This document shows, one piece after another, positions 1 through 8,348 of a stretch of DNA of 32,000 nt. Positions within the stretch are counted from its first letter, which is position 1; every line of letters begins with the position of its first letter. The translations under genes were made by a program, and so were the position numbers. Under the pieces are notes generated by a model. It saw only the letters and a program-made list of their open reading frames with translations. It ran no database searches and had not been told where the DNA came from. This DNA comes from Bifidobacterium longum subsp. longum JCM 1217 (lineage in GTDB: Bacteria > Actinomycetota > Actinomycetes > Actinomycetales > Bifidobacteriaceae): positions 1,890,001 through 1,922,000 of the forward strand of contig NC_015067.1 of NCBI RefSeq assembly GCF_000196555.1. The letters are read 5' to 3'.

Positions 1-335
1 TAGATCGCGAATTTGCGTGGGTTCATGGTGGAGCCTTCGCCAAGCATCATGAGCTGGATGAAGCCGATGAAGATGGTCATGGTCGCGCCGACCAGCACGA
101 CGACTATGTTGACGATGCCTCCGGGACCAAGGATGTTCAGCGGAAAGCCATCCGCGTTCACGGTGAAGGGCGGCAGTATGCCGATGAACCATGCGAGCAC
201 GCCGGTGCCGATGATGGTGCCGGCCGCGAGTACAGCGGAAAAGACATAGGCGACGGTCTGCCACGCCGATTTTCGCAGGGTGGCGAGCGTGAGCGTCCAG
301 CGCAGGCGGACCAGGGTGATGGCGGTCTTGATCAT
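1..335 (-). CDS. ABC transporter permease, N-terminal part (gene continues past the window start)
   Basis: Absent from the ORF track because it is open at the window edge. The minus-strand ATG at 335-333 overlaps the TGA (334-332) of the upstream ATPase gene as an ATGA junction. My translation, MIKTAITLVRLRWTLTLATLRKSAWQTVAYVFSAVLAAGTIIGTGVLAWFIG..., stays open to base 1 and is hydrophobic, as expected for the membrane partner. Confidence 0.6.
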   Translation of the reverse strand, partial: MIKTAITLVRLRWTLTLATLRKSAWQTVAYVFSAVLAAGTIIGTGVLAWFIGILPPFTVNADGFPLNILGPGGIVNIVVVLVGATMTIFIGFIQLMMLGEGSTMNPRKFAI

Positions 336-1288
336 TGGCGGGCCTCATCGGTGGGTGTGGCGGGCGTAGGCAGAATCGGCTGAATCGTCTGGGCCGAAGT
401 TGGTGCTTGGGCTTGGGCCTGCCCGCCATCGAGCCACGCGAGATGGGCGGCTTCGTGGCGGCCACCGACTAGTTGCAGGAAGCGGTCTTCGAGTTCTTCG
501 CCAGCAGCGACCTCGTCCACCGTGCCGGCCGCGCATACCAGACCGTCGTTGATTACGGCCACATGCGTACACATCTTTTCGACCAATGCCATCACGTGTG
601 AGGAGATGATCACCGTGCCGCCAGTCTTCGCGTATTCGATGAGAATGTCTTTGAGGTTGGCGCTGGACACCGGGTCCACGGATTCAAACGGCTCATCCAA
701 GACCAGAATGCGCGGGCTGTGAATCATCGCGGAGGCCAGGCAGATCTTCTTGGTCATGCCGGCCGAGTAATCGGTGACCATCGTGTTGGCGGCCCCGGCC
801 AAGTCGAAAGCATTGAGCAGGTCCTGGGCGCGACGCGTGGTCTCCTCGCGGCTCATGCCGCGCAGCATGCCGGAGTAGACGAGCAATTGCAAACCGGTCA
901 GTCGGTCGAAGATCTGGTCGGGCTGGGGCATGACGCCGATCATGCGCTTGGCCGTGTTCACGTCGCTCCACACGTCATGGCCCAGAATCATGGCGGTGCC
1001 GGCGTCCGGCACCAATAGACCGGTCACCATATTGAGCGTGGTGGTTTTGCCGGCGCCGTTAGGGCCCACCAGTCCGTAGAACGAGCCGATTGGAATGTCA
1101 AGCGCGAGCCCGTTGACGGCGATCTTCCGGTCGAAGTGCTTGAACAGGCCGCGAATGGACACCGCCGTATTCGGGTTCGGCGGCCATGCTTGCGGCTGTG
1201 GCTGTTGCGACTGCGAAGACGCGGGAGCGGCGGCTGGCATCATCGGCGGCTGAAATCCGACATTCCTTTGAGTATTGTCTAAGCTCAT
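332..1288 (-). CDS. ABC transporter ATP-binding protein
   Basis: 318-aa ORF starting at ATG 1288. It carries Walker A GPNGAGKTT, a signature-like YSAGMTKK and Walker B ILVLDEP. The first ~45 aa form a Pro/Gln/Ala-rich low-complexity extension. Confidence 0.9.
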   Translation of the reverse strand: MSLDNTQRNVGFQPPMMPAAAPASSQSQQPQPQAWPPNPNTAVSIRGLFKHFDRKIAVNGLALDIPIGSFYGLVGPNGAGKTTTLNMVTGLLVPDAGTAMILGHDVWSDVNTAKRMIGVMPQPDQIFDRLTGLQLLVYSGMLRGMSREETTRRAQDLLNAFDLAGAANTMVTDYSAGMTKKICLASAMIHSPRILVLDEPFESVDPVSSANLKDILIEYAKTGGTVIISSHVMALVEKMCTHVAVINDGLVCAAGTVDEVAAGEELEDRFLQLVGGRHEAAHLAWLDGGQAQAQAPTSAQTIQPILPTPATPTDEARQ

Positions 1289-1382
1289 GCATCTACTCTA
1301 GCCCACCAGTCAACCCTCAGCGCAGCACCCCCGGGTTGCTGTTGGATTGCCCCGCTGAGCAGCTCCGGACTAGCGGACTCGG

Positions 1383-2606
1383 TCAGCCCTTATGTGCGAT
1401 GGGCTTCCACTGGGCTTTGGCGAAGATGGCCTGGAAGGAAATCGGCACGTAGCTGAGCATGTAAATCGGGAAGCTGAGCACATAGGCGAGCAGCTCCTTG
1501 TTCGTGGCACCGATCTGGTCGTGCTCGACAATGATGGTCAATGCAGCCAATGCCATCAGACCCAACACCGATGTGATGATGCCGCTGGACCAACCGGCCA
1601 GCGATTGCAGCTGGCTCGACCAACTCACGAAGCCACACGCGGCGAACAGCAAGCCCATCACCGCGCGAATCACGCCCAACACGGTAAACGGACACAGCAT
1701 CAAGGTGAAGTCGATGCAGGAGAAATCACGTTCGCGAACCGCGCGTTTCAGCAATGCCGAGCCATAATAACGGAATACCTGCAGGAATCCCTTGCTCCAA
1801 CGCAAACGCTGACGCCAACTTTGCGAGAAGGTAACCGGCTGCTCGTCGTAGAGGATCGCAGTACCGCAATAGCCGATGCGGTCGCCATGCAGAATCGAAT
1901 CCATAGTGAATTCAAGATCTTCAGTGAGCAGGTGGAACTTCCATCCCTTGTTCCGCTTCATCACCTCGCGGGAGAACATGAATCCCGTACCGCCCACATG
2001 GCAAGAGGAACCGAGAATCATACGCGAGTTAGACAGGAATCGCGATTCACGGATGAACCACAGCGCAGAACCAGAAGACACCCAGTTATCCGCCAGATTC
2101 ACCGAATTACGGTAGCTGGTCAGAATCTTGAATCCGGAGCAGAACGCCTTGTTCATTTCCTCGAAGTAATGCTTGTCCAGCTTGTTATCGGCATCGAACA
2201 CGAAGTAGGCCTCATAATCATCGGCCACACCGATGTCGAGCATATGCCCCAACAGATACGTCAGCGCATATCCCTTGCCAACCAGTTCAAGATTGTGGCG
2301 TTCCACCACATGGCAGCCCAAAGACCGCACCACGTCGGCGGTGTTGTCGGTGCAGTTGTCGGCCACCAGCCAGATGTCGATGAGGTCGGACGGGTAGGTC
2401 TGATCGCGAATCGACCCAATAAGGTTGCCGATCACGTTTTCTTCGTTGCGCGCGGAGATCAGTACGGCATACCGGTTGGTCATCGGGGCGTCGGGGAAGC
2501 GCACGGGCTTGGCGAACAGGGACATCACGATGCACAGTCCCTGATATATCATGCCGGCACCACCGACGATTACCAGAAGAATATCGAGTACGGAAAGCAG
2601 GGTCAT
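1383..2606 (-). CDS. Membrane-bound family 2 glycosyltransferase, processive-synthase type
   Basis: GT-A motifs are present: YAVLISARNEENVIG, FDADN and the processive-synthase motif QRLRWSKG, flanked by N- and C-terminal TM segments. The start is either GTG 2615 (ORF track) or ATG 2606. The ATG shares one base with the upstream stop codon (TGATG). Confidence 0.85.
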   Translation of the reverse strand: MTLLSVLDILLVIVGGAGMIYQGLCIVMSLFAKPVRFPDAPMTNRYAVLISARNEENVIGNLIGSIRDQTYPSDLIDIWLVADNCTDNTADVVRSLGCHVVERHNLELVGKGYALTYLLGHMLDIGVADDYEAYFVFDADNKLDKHYFEEMNKAFCSGFKILTSYRNSVNLADNWVSSGSALWFIRESRFLSNSRMILGSSCHVGGTGFMFSREVMKRNKGWKFHLLTEDLEFTMDSILHGDRIGYCGTAILYDEQPVTFSQSWRQRLRWSKGFLQVFRYYGSALLKRAVRERDFSCIDFTLMLCPFTVLGVIRAVMGLLFAACGFVSWSSQLQSLAGWSSGIITSVLGLMALAALTIIVEHDQIGATNKELLAYVLSFPIYMLSYVPISFQAIFAKAQWKPIAHKG

Positions 2607-4120
2607 CAGCGCCACCCCGCCCTAGGATTGCTGGAGGCAGATTGATCAGACTGCTTGGTTTGCTTGCGTTGCTTGGGCTGCTCAGACTGCTGCGTATCCG
2701 CGGCACCACGCTGCGGAATCGCCACGGTGGCGGAATCGTCCAAATCGGATTCTTTCGTCTCGTGTGGCGGAATCGCATAGATCTGTTCCTGCAGCAAACG
2801 CAGTTCCTCATTCATCGGCACACGGCTGGTGGACCCCTTGGCCGCACGCGGCATGTGCTCGCCGATCGGCTGCAGCACATGCTCGCCGAACGCTTCGGAC
2901 GCCTCGACGATCTTGGACTTCTTCTCCGGAGTCGGATCGTTCATCAGTGGTGAGTCAATCAGCTCATAGCGCTTGGTGTACGCACGGAAGATGGCCTGCA
3001 GCGATGCGGTGACCGGCAGCGCCAGGAACGCGCCAAACGCGCCGAACAGCGAGCCGAACGCCAGCACCGCGAGGAAGGCGACGGCCGCGTTGATATCCAT
3101 CGTGCGCTGCGAAATCCTCGGCGAGAGAATCAGGTTCTCGATCTGCTGGTAGACGATGATGAACACCAGCACCGCCACGGCGTACGTCCATCCGCGGTTG
3201 CCCCAAGCGAACAGCACCGGCAGCGCGCCGCCGATATAGGTGCCGACCGTGGGGATGAACTGGGATACCACGCCGCAGAACAGGGCCAACGGCAGCCAGT
3301 AGGGCACATGCAGAATCTCTAAGAAGATGGCAGTGCAGGTGGCGTTGATCAACGCCAGAATCGAACGGGAGAACAGGAAGGACGAAATCTGGCCTTGGGC
3401 CACGGTCCACACCAGCAGGAATCGGCGCTGCGTGTTGGGGGCCAGCCACTGGCAGAAGGAGCGGCGCAGTTTGGGGCCGGCGGCGGAGATGTAATACGTG
3501 GTCATGACCACGGTCATGAGGTTCAGCAGGAAGGAGAACAGGCCGCCCACCGTACTCATGGCGGTACCGGCAAAATCGGTGACCCACGAGGTCTGGATAT
3601 TGTTGAAGATTTCCATGCCGAGATTGCTGATTTCCGGCATCTTGAACGTGGCATACTGGTCCACGAACTCACGAATCTGCTCATACATGGCCGGCAAACC
3701 GCGGACCATGGCAATCATCTGCTGTACGAACATGTTGCCAAATAGCGTGAGCAGCACACCCACGACCACGGCCACGCCCACCAAGCTGACGGCGGAAGCC
3801 ACGCCACGCTTCCAGCCATGAGCCACCAGCGCCACCACCAACGGTTCGACGGCCAGCGCCAGGAACAGCGAGATGATGATGTCGAGCACTAGATAGGAGA
3901 TGTCGCCCCACGAGCGCCAGCAGAACATGAATACGATGACGGCGAGGGCCACATACAGCAGCGCGCGGCCGAACCATTCCGGTGGCCTACGGGAATCTCC
4001 CTTGGCGGGGAACAAAGTACCAAAGTCGATACGATTCTCGTCGTCCGGGTCTGCCCCGGCCTCTGCGGCACCGGTTCTCAACGTGTCGGTGCTGTTTACG
4101 TTTCGCACGCGTTCGCTCAT
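2606..4120 (-). CDS. AI-2E family (PerM/UPF0118-like) transporter
   Basis: The track ORF (594 aa from 4390) overlaps the divergent gene at 4196 for its first 90 codons. ATG at 4120 (MSERVRNVNS...) removes that overlap. The body is multi-TM and typical of the AI-2E family, with a hydrophilic Gln/Ser/Lys-rich C-terminal tail. Confidence 0.8.
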   Translation of the reverse strand: MSERVRNVNSTDTLRTGAAEAGADPDDENRIDFGTLFPAKGDSRRPPEWFGRALLYVALAVIVFMFCWRSWGDISYLVLDIIISLFLALAVEPLVVALVAHGWKRGVASAVSLVGVAVVVGVLLTLFGNMFVQQMIAMVRGLPAMYEQIREFVDQYATFKMPEISNLGMEIFNNIQTSWVTDFAGTAMSTVGGLFSFLLNLMTVVMTTYYISAAGPKLRRSFCQWLAPNTQRRFLLVWTVAQGQISSFLFSRSILALINATCTAIFLEILHVPYWLPLALFCGVVSQFIPTVGTYIGGALPVLFAWGNRGWTYAVAVLVFIIVYQQIENLILSPRISQRTMDINAAVAFLAVLAFGSLFGAFGAFLALPVTASLQAIFRAYTKRYELIDSPLMNDPTPEKKSKIVEASEAFGEHVLQPIGEHMPRAAKGSTSRVPMNEELRLLQEQIYAIPPHETKESDLDDSATVAIPQRGAADTQQSEQPKQRKQTKQSDQSASSNPRAGWR

Positions 4121-4195
4121 GGCTCCCCATTGTAGCGAGGGGTTTGAAGCTCGGATACGCCGGCGGCGTACACCCGCTTTTCTATTGTTGATGTT

Positions 4196-5122
4196 ATGCT
4201 CAACGTTTCGATCATCATCCCAGCGTGGAACGAAGCCGAACGCATCCGCGACTGCCTGCTGAACGCCACCCGTCAGACCATCATGCCGCATGAGGTGCTG
4301 GTGGTGGACAATCGTTCTACGGACAACACCTGTGCGGTTGTCGAACAGTTCATTGCCGAACATCCTGAGGCCCCGGTCAAACTGTTGCACCAGAACGATG
4401 AACAGGGGCTGATTCCCACCCGCAACTTTGGCCTGAACGCCGCGACCGGCGATGTGCTGGGCCGTTTTGACGCCGACTGTATGATCCGGCCTGACTGGGT
4501 GGAGGTGGTCTCCGGCATCTTCACCGAAGACCCGGCCGCGATGGGTGCCACTGGTCCGGTGATGTATTACGACATGCCCTCACGCCATTTCGGGTTGAAA
4601 GGCGACAATTCCTTACGCAAGCGAATCTACCGTGCCGATGGCGGCCAGCCGCTGCTGTTCGGCTCGAATATGGCCTTGCGCGCTTCGGCCTGGCATCAGA
4701 TTGTGAATGAGGTCTGCCGGGATAAGGCCGATGTGATGCATGAGGATATCGATATTTCCCTGCATCTGATGGGCAAGGATCTGAAAACCGTGTACTCGCC
4801 GCGCATGATCGCCGCGATGAGTGCGCGACGGATGGATACGTCGTTGAGTTCGTTCCTGAGCTACATGCGACGTTTTAAGAATACGTTTGATGCGCATCCG
4901 CAACATACGCGCACGCATAAGCCGGAGGTGTTGTTCACCGCCATGTATCCGGCGATGCACATGTTCTACCCGGTGTGGCAGAAAGTGCTGAATTCCGCGG
5001 ATATCAATCCGGCTGAAGCCGCGTGGATCAACGAGCAGATGGAACTGGCGGAGGCGCAAGGCAAGCAGCTGTACGACGAGACCCCCACCGACGAAGTCTA
5101 CGACGAAAAGCACGAAAAGTAG
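4196..5122 (+). CDS. Family 2 glycosyltransferase (soluble/peripheral type)
   Basis: 308 aa starting at ATG 4196. The N-terminal GT2 signature is VSIIIPAWNEAERIRDCL...VLVVDNRSTDNT, followed by a DxD-like FDADC. It is divergent from the AI-2E gene. Confidence 0.85.
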   Translation: MLNVSIIIPAWNEAERIRDCLLNATRQTIMPHEVLVVDNRSTDNTCAVVEQFIAEHPEAPVKLLHQNDEQGLIPTRNFGLNAATGDVLGRFDADCMIRPDWVEVVSGIFTEDPAAMGATGPVMYYDMPSRHFGLKGDNSLRKRIYRADGGQPLLFGSNMALRASAWHQIVNEVCRDKADVMHEDIDISLHLMGKDLKTVYSPRMIAAMSARRMDTSLSSFLSYMRRFKNTFDAHPQHTRTHKPEVLFTAMYPAMHMFYPVWQKVLNSADINPAEAAWINEQMELAEAQGKQLYDETPTDEVYDEKHEK

Positions 5123-5150
5123 CTAGATATACGAGCCCCCTCTGCTTATG

Positions 5151-5250
5151 CAAGCTCCCTCTGATAAGGGAGCTGTCGAATGAAGTGAGACTGAGGAAGA
5201 GACTGCGACGCAGTCGCTAAAACATTGAATCGGACGCAGGCCGATACCTA
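5151..5250 (+). repeat. Modular hairpin repeat, copy A1 (full length, direct orientation)
   Basis: The sequence caagctccctctgataagggagct...gagac-gactgcgacgcagtc-gctaaaaca...atcggacgcaggccgat-accta aligns module by module with 22851-22966 and 13917-14021. Confidence 0.8.
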
Positions 5251-5272
5251 TTATTCAGCGGCTACGCCGCAA

Positions 5273-5322
5273 CTTCTCTCCCTCAGTCAGCTACGCTGAC
5301 AGCTCCCTCATCAGAGGGAGCT
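5273..5322 (-). repeat. Modular hairpin repeat, copy A2 (partial, inverted; modules 1-2 only)
   Basis: Its reverse complement, tagctccctctgatgagggagctgtcagcgtagctgactgagggagagaag, nearly matches the first 50 nt of copy C (22852-22902). Confidence 0.8.
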
Positions 5323-5344
5323 AATGTTTACTGTCATTGACTGA

Positions 5345-6496
5345 TCACATCAGCGACTTGTAAATCGCGAGGATGTCCTCTTCGGTTGCCTGACGCGGGT
5401 TGCCGGGGGTGCACACGTCGTTGAAGGCATCGTGAGCCAGCGGCTCAAGGTCGGCCTCGGTGGCGCCCACTTCGGAAATCGTGGTCGGGTTCTTCAGATC
5501 CACGGTCAGCTTGTGGACGGCCTGCACGGCCTCTTCGCGCACCTTCTCCAGGTCGCCGGTGTAGGCGTCCTCAACACCGAACGCATCGGCGATGTCGCGG
5601 TACTTCTCACCGGTGAAGTCCTTGTTGTATTCCATGACCGGGGCCAGCAGAATACCGTTGGCCACACCGTGGGCCACGCCCAGACGGCCGCCCAGCGGGT
5701 GAGCCATGCCGTGCACCAGACCGAGGCCCACGTTGGAGTAGGCCATACCGGTGATGTAGGACGCGTAGGCCATCTGCTCGCCGGCCGGAATGTCGCCGTC
5801 GGCGGACTTGGCCAGGTTCTTGGCAATCATGCGGATGGTCTGCATGGACAGGCAGTCGGACAGGCTCCAGGCACCCGGGGTAATGTAACCCTCGATGGCG
5901 TGGGTCAGGGCGTCAAGTCCGGTGGCGACCTTCAGGCCGCGCGGCATCGAGTCGGTCAGATCCGGGTCCACGAAAGCGACGATCGGGATGTCGTGCGGGT
6001 CGACAGCCACGAACTTGCGCTTGTTGGCCGTGTCGGTGACCACGTAGTTGATGGTCGTCTCCGAGGCGGTGCCGGCGGTGGTCGGCACGCCGAAGATCGG
6101 GACGGACGGGTTCTTGGTATCCGCGACGCCTTCCAGAGAAAGCACGTCGGCGAACTCCGGGTTGGCGGTGATGATGCCGATGCCCTTGCAGGTGTCTTGC
6201 GGGGAGCCACCGCCCAGGCCGATCAGGAAGTCCGCACCGGACTCGGCGAACTTGGCGACGCCGTCCTTGATGCACTCGACCGGCGGGTTCGGCTTGACGT
6301 TGGAGAACACCTCGTACGGCAGGCCGGCCTCATCCAGAACCTTGGTGACCTTCTCGGCGGTGCCGGTCTCCAGCAGCACCGGGTCGGTGACGATAAATGC
6401 CTTGGTGAAGCCGTGCTGCTTGGCGACGGCCGGAATCTCCTTGATCGCGCCACGTCCGAAGTATGCAGTCTGGTTGAAAATCATGCGGTACACCAT
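5345..6496 (-). CDS. fucO: Lactaldehyde reductase / 1,2-propanediol oxidoreductase (iron-containing alcohol dehydrogenase)
   Basis: 383 aa, collinear over its full length with E. coli FucO as I recall it (…FGRGA…, GGGSPQDTCK, PTTAGTASE, LTHAIEGYIT, GLVHGMAHPLG, FTGEKYRDIA). ATG 6496 is preceded by AAGGAG. Confidence 0.9.
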   Translation of the reverse strand: MVYRMIFNQTAYFGRGAIKEIPAVAKQHGFTKAFIVTDPVLLETGTAEKVTKVLDEAGLPYEVFSNVKPNPPVECIKDGVAKFAESGADFLIGLGGGSPQDTCKGIGIITANPEFADVLSLEGVADTKNPSVPIFGVPTTAGTASETTINYVVTDTANKRKFVAVDPHDIPIVAFVDPDLTDSMPRGLKVATGLDALTHAIEGYITPGAWSLSDCLSMQTIRMIAKNLAKSADGDIPAGEQMAYASYITGMAYSNVGLGLVHGMAHPLGGRLGVAHGVANGILLAPVMEYNKDFTGEKYRDIADAFGVEDAYTGDLEKVREEAVQAVHKLTVDLKNPTTISEVGATEADLEPLAHDAFNDVCTPGNPRQATEEDILAIYKSLM

Positions 6497-6935
6497 AGGG
6501 GCTCTCCTTTTGAGCTAGTGTCTTAACTGGTGGTCCACTCTGTCTTTGAGTGGTCCAACGGTTCCCCAGTCTACTCCGCGCATGAGCATTCACCTGAAAA
6601 CACGCTGAAAGAACAACACTGAAAATAATGGCAAGAAATGGCGGAATTCCGCACTTGTCGAATTATTGTCCATTGACCAAACCAGTTCCATCGCCCGAAA
6701 TCTCAACGATAAGACCATTTTCCGGAGTCATCTGACGCTCTCCGAGAAACTCGTCTCTCATCCGCTTACTTCGCGCGTAGCGCAATCAATATGCGAGATG
6801 CCTAATTCCATTCGTGCTTCATCAGCCGAACGCGAACTGGTTCACCAGATGGTGTATTCAACGGTTTCAGTCTCCTGAAGAGGACTAAGATACCTCGACA
6901 GTTGGGGTGATCATCATAAGAGAATGAGGTAGATA

Positions 6936-8240
6936 ATGGCAAATGGCAAGGCTATGACGGTCGGCGAGATGGCGTCCCTGTTTCTCGACCCCGCCACTCC
7001 CGTTCGTATCGACGCTTTCGACGGCTCGCATTTCGGCCCGGCAGACGCGGATTTGAAGGTCAAAATCGCCACGCCGAACTGCATGTACCAGCTACTCGCG
7101 CACCCGAATGAAATCGGCATCGTGCGCTCATACATTCTGGGCGATTTCGACGTGGACGGCATTGACTACGCCGACCCGTATCCGGCGATGCGCAAGCTGG
7201 TGTCGCTGTCCAAATACGTTCGCCCACTCACTCCCACATCAATTGCCCGCGTATCTGCCGGCATCCTGAGCCATGGCTTCAAGAAGCCGCCGGTGCCCGC
7301 CACCGAGGGCCCGAGCAAGTTCGCCCGTATCAAGCGTGGCCTGATGCCGCACACCGAAAAGGCCGATTCGGAAACCGTCAGCTTCCACTACGACATGTCC
7401 AACGAGTTCTACGCCGACTTCCTTGGATCCTCCATGACCTACACTTGCGCGGTATTCGACAACGAACACATGAGCCTTGAAGACGCACAGGCCAACAAAC
7501 TGCGCCTGATTCTCGACAAACTGGACTTGCAGCCCGGCCAGCGCTTACTGGACATCGGCTGCGGCTGGGGTTCGATGGTCATCACCGCCGCCCGTCGCGG
7601 CATCAAGGCGCTCGGCGTCACCCTTTCCAAGGAACAGGCCGCGTACGCCAACGAATGGATCGCCCGTGAAGGGCTGCAGGATCTGGCCGAAGTGCGTGTG
7701 CAGGACTACCGCGAGGTGCCTGAGCACGACTTCGACGGTATCTGCTCGATCGGCATGATGGAGCACGTAGGCGTCAAGAACTACCAGAGCTACTTCGAAG
7801 AGATGTTCCGCCTTCTGAAGCCGATGGGCCGACTGCTGAACCACCAGATCACCATCAGCCATGACAAGCCTCACGGCAAGCCCGGTACCGACGAATTCCT
7901 CGACCGTTACATCTTCCCGGACGGTGATCTCGGCGCGCCCGGCTTCATCGAATCGTGCATCCATGACGCCGGCTTCAACGTGGTGCATCAGGAGAACCTG
8001 CGCCAGCACTACGCGCTCACCCTGCATCACTGGAACCAGAACCTCTCCGAGCATTGGGACGACGCGGTCAAGCAGGTCGGCTTTGAACGCGCCAAGGTAT
8101 GGGGTATGTACATGGCCGCCTGCGCTCTGAACTTCGAGCTCGACGGCATCCAGATTCACCAGTTCTTGGCCGTCAAGCCGGATCGCGTGGCCCACCCGGA
8201 CGGCAAGTGGTACCCCCTGCGCCAATGGTGGCAGGCCTGA
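6936..8240 (+). CDS. cfa: Cyclopropane-fatty-acyl-phospholipid synthase
   Basis: 434 aa. It has the SAM-binding motif LLDIGCGWGSM and the CFA-synthase-typical MYSCAxF-like and HYALTLHHW regions. ATG 6936 is preceded by GAGGTAG. Confidence 0.88.
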   Translation: MANGKAMTVGEMASLFLDPATPVRIDAFDGSHFGPADADLKVKIATPNCMYQLLAHPNEIGIVRSYILGDFDVDGIDYADPYPAMRKLVSLSKYVRPLTPTSIARVSAGILSHGFKKPPVPATEGPSKFARIKRGLMPHTEKADSETVSFHYDMSNEFYADFLGSSMTYTCAVFDNEHMSLEDAQANKLRLILDKLDLQPGQRLLDIGCGWGSMVITAARRGIKALGVTLSKEQAAYANEWIAREGLQDLAEVRVQDYREVPEHDFDGICSIGMMEHVGVKNYQSYFEEMFRLLKPMGRLLNHQITISHDKPHGKPGTDEFLDRYIFPDGDLGAPGFIESCIHDAGFNVVHQENLRQHYALTLHHWNQNLSEHWDDAVKQVGFERAKVWGMYMAACALNFELDGIQIHQFLAVKPDRVAHPDGKWYPLRQWWQA

Positions 8241-8348
8241 TTCCTTTTTGTGGGACGGCACGCGGTTTTTACCATTGTTCATCTGCCGTCCCACACGATT
8301 CTCTTCGCACGCGCATTTCGCGGGTGCTTTTTCTGCAATACTGACTCT

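Noticed and set aside
1392-2645. Long ORFs antisense to well-supported genes. Examples: 1392-2645(+), 5432-6526(+), 7545-8780(-), 10102-11088(+), 16223-17188(-), 27518-28954(+) and 31078-31965(-).
   Set aside because: These are shadow ORFs, typical of GC-rich DNA. Their translations are Arg/Gly/His/Ala-rich low-complexity strings with no motifs, while the opposite strand encodes proteins with clear family signatures.
4121-4390. N-terminal extensions of track ORFs: 2606-4390, 8250-9557, 10069-11559, 11177-12271, 12495-13511, 14661-15605 and 25385-26155.
   Set aside because: The extensions overlap neighbouring genes, tRNA-flanking regions or repeats. They lack an RBS, whereas internal ATGs with Shine-Dalgarno sequences give proteins of normal family length.
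6666-6878. A 70-codon ORF in the fucO/cfa intergenic region, and a 35-codon ATG ORF at about 6637.
   Set aside because: Neither has a Shine-Dalgarno sequence. The first has a TTG start. Composition is atypical for coding DNA in this window and no recognisable motif is present.
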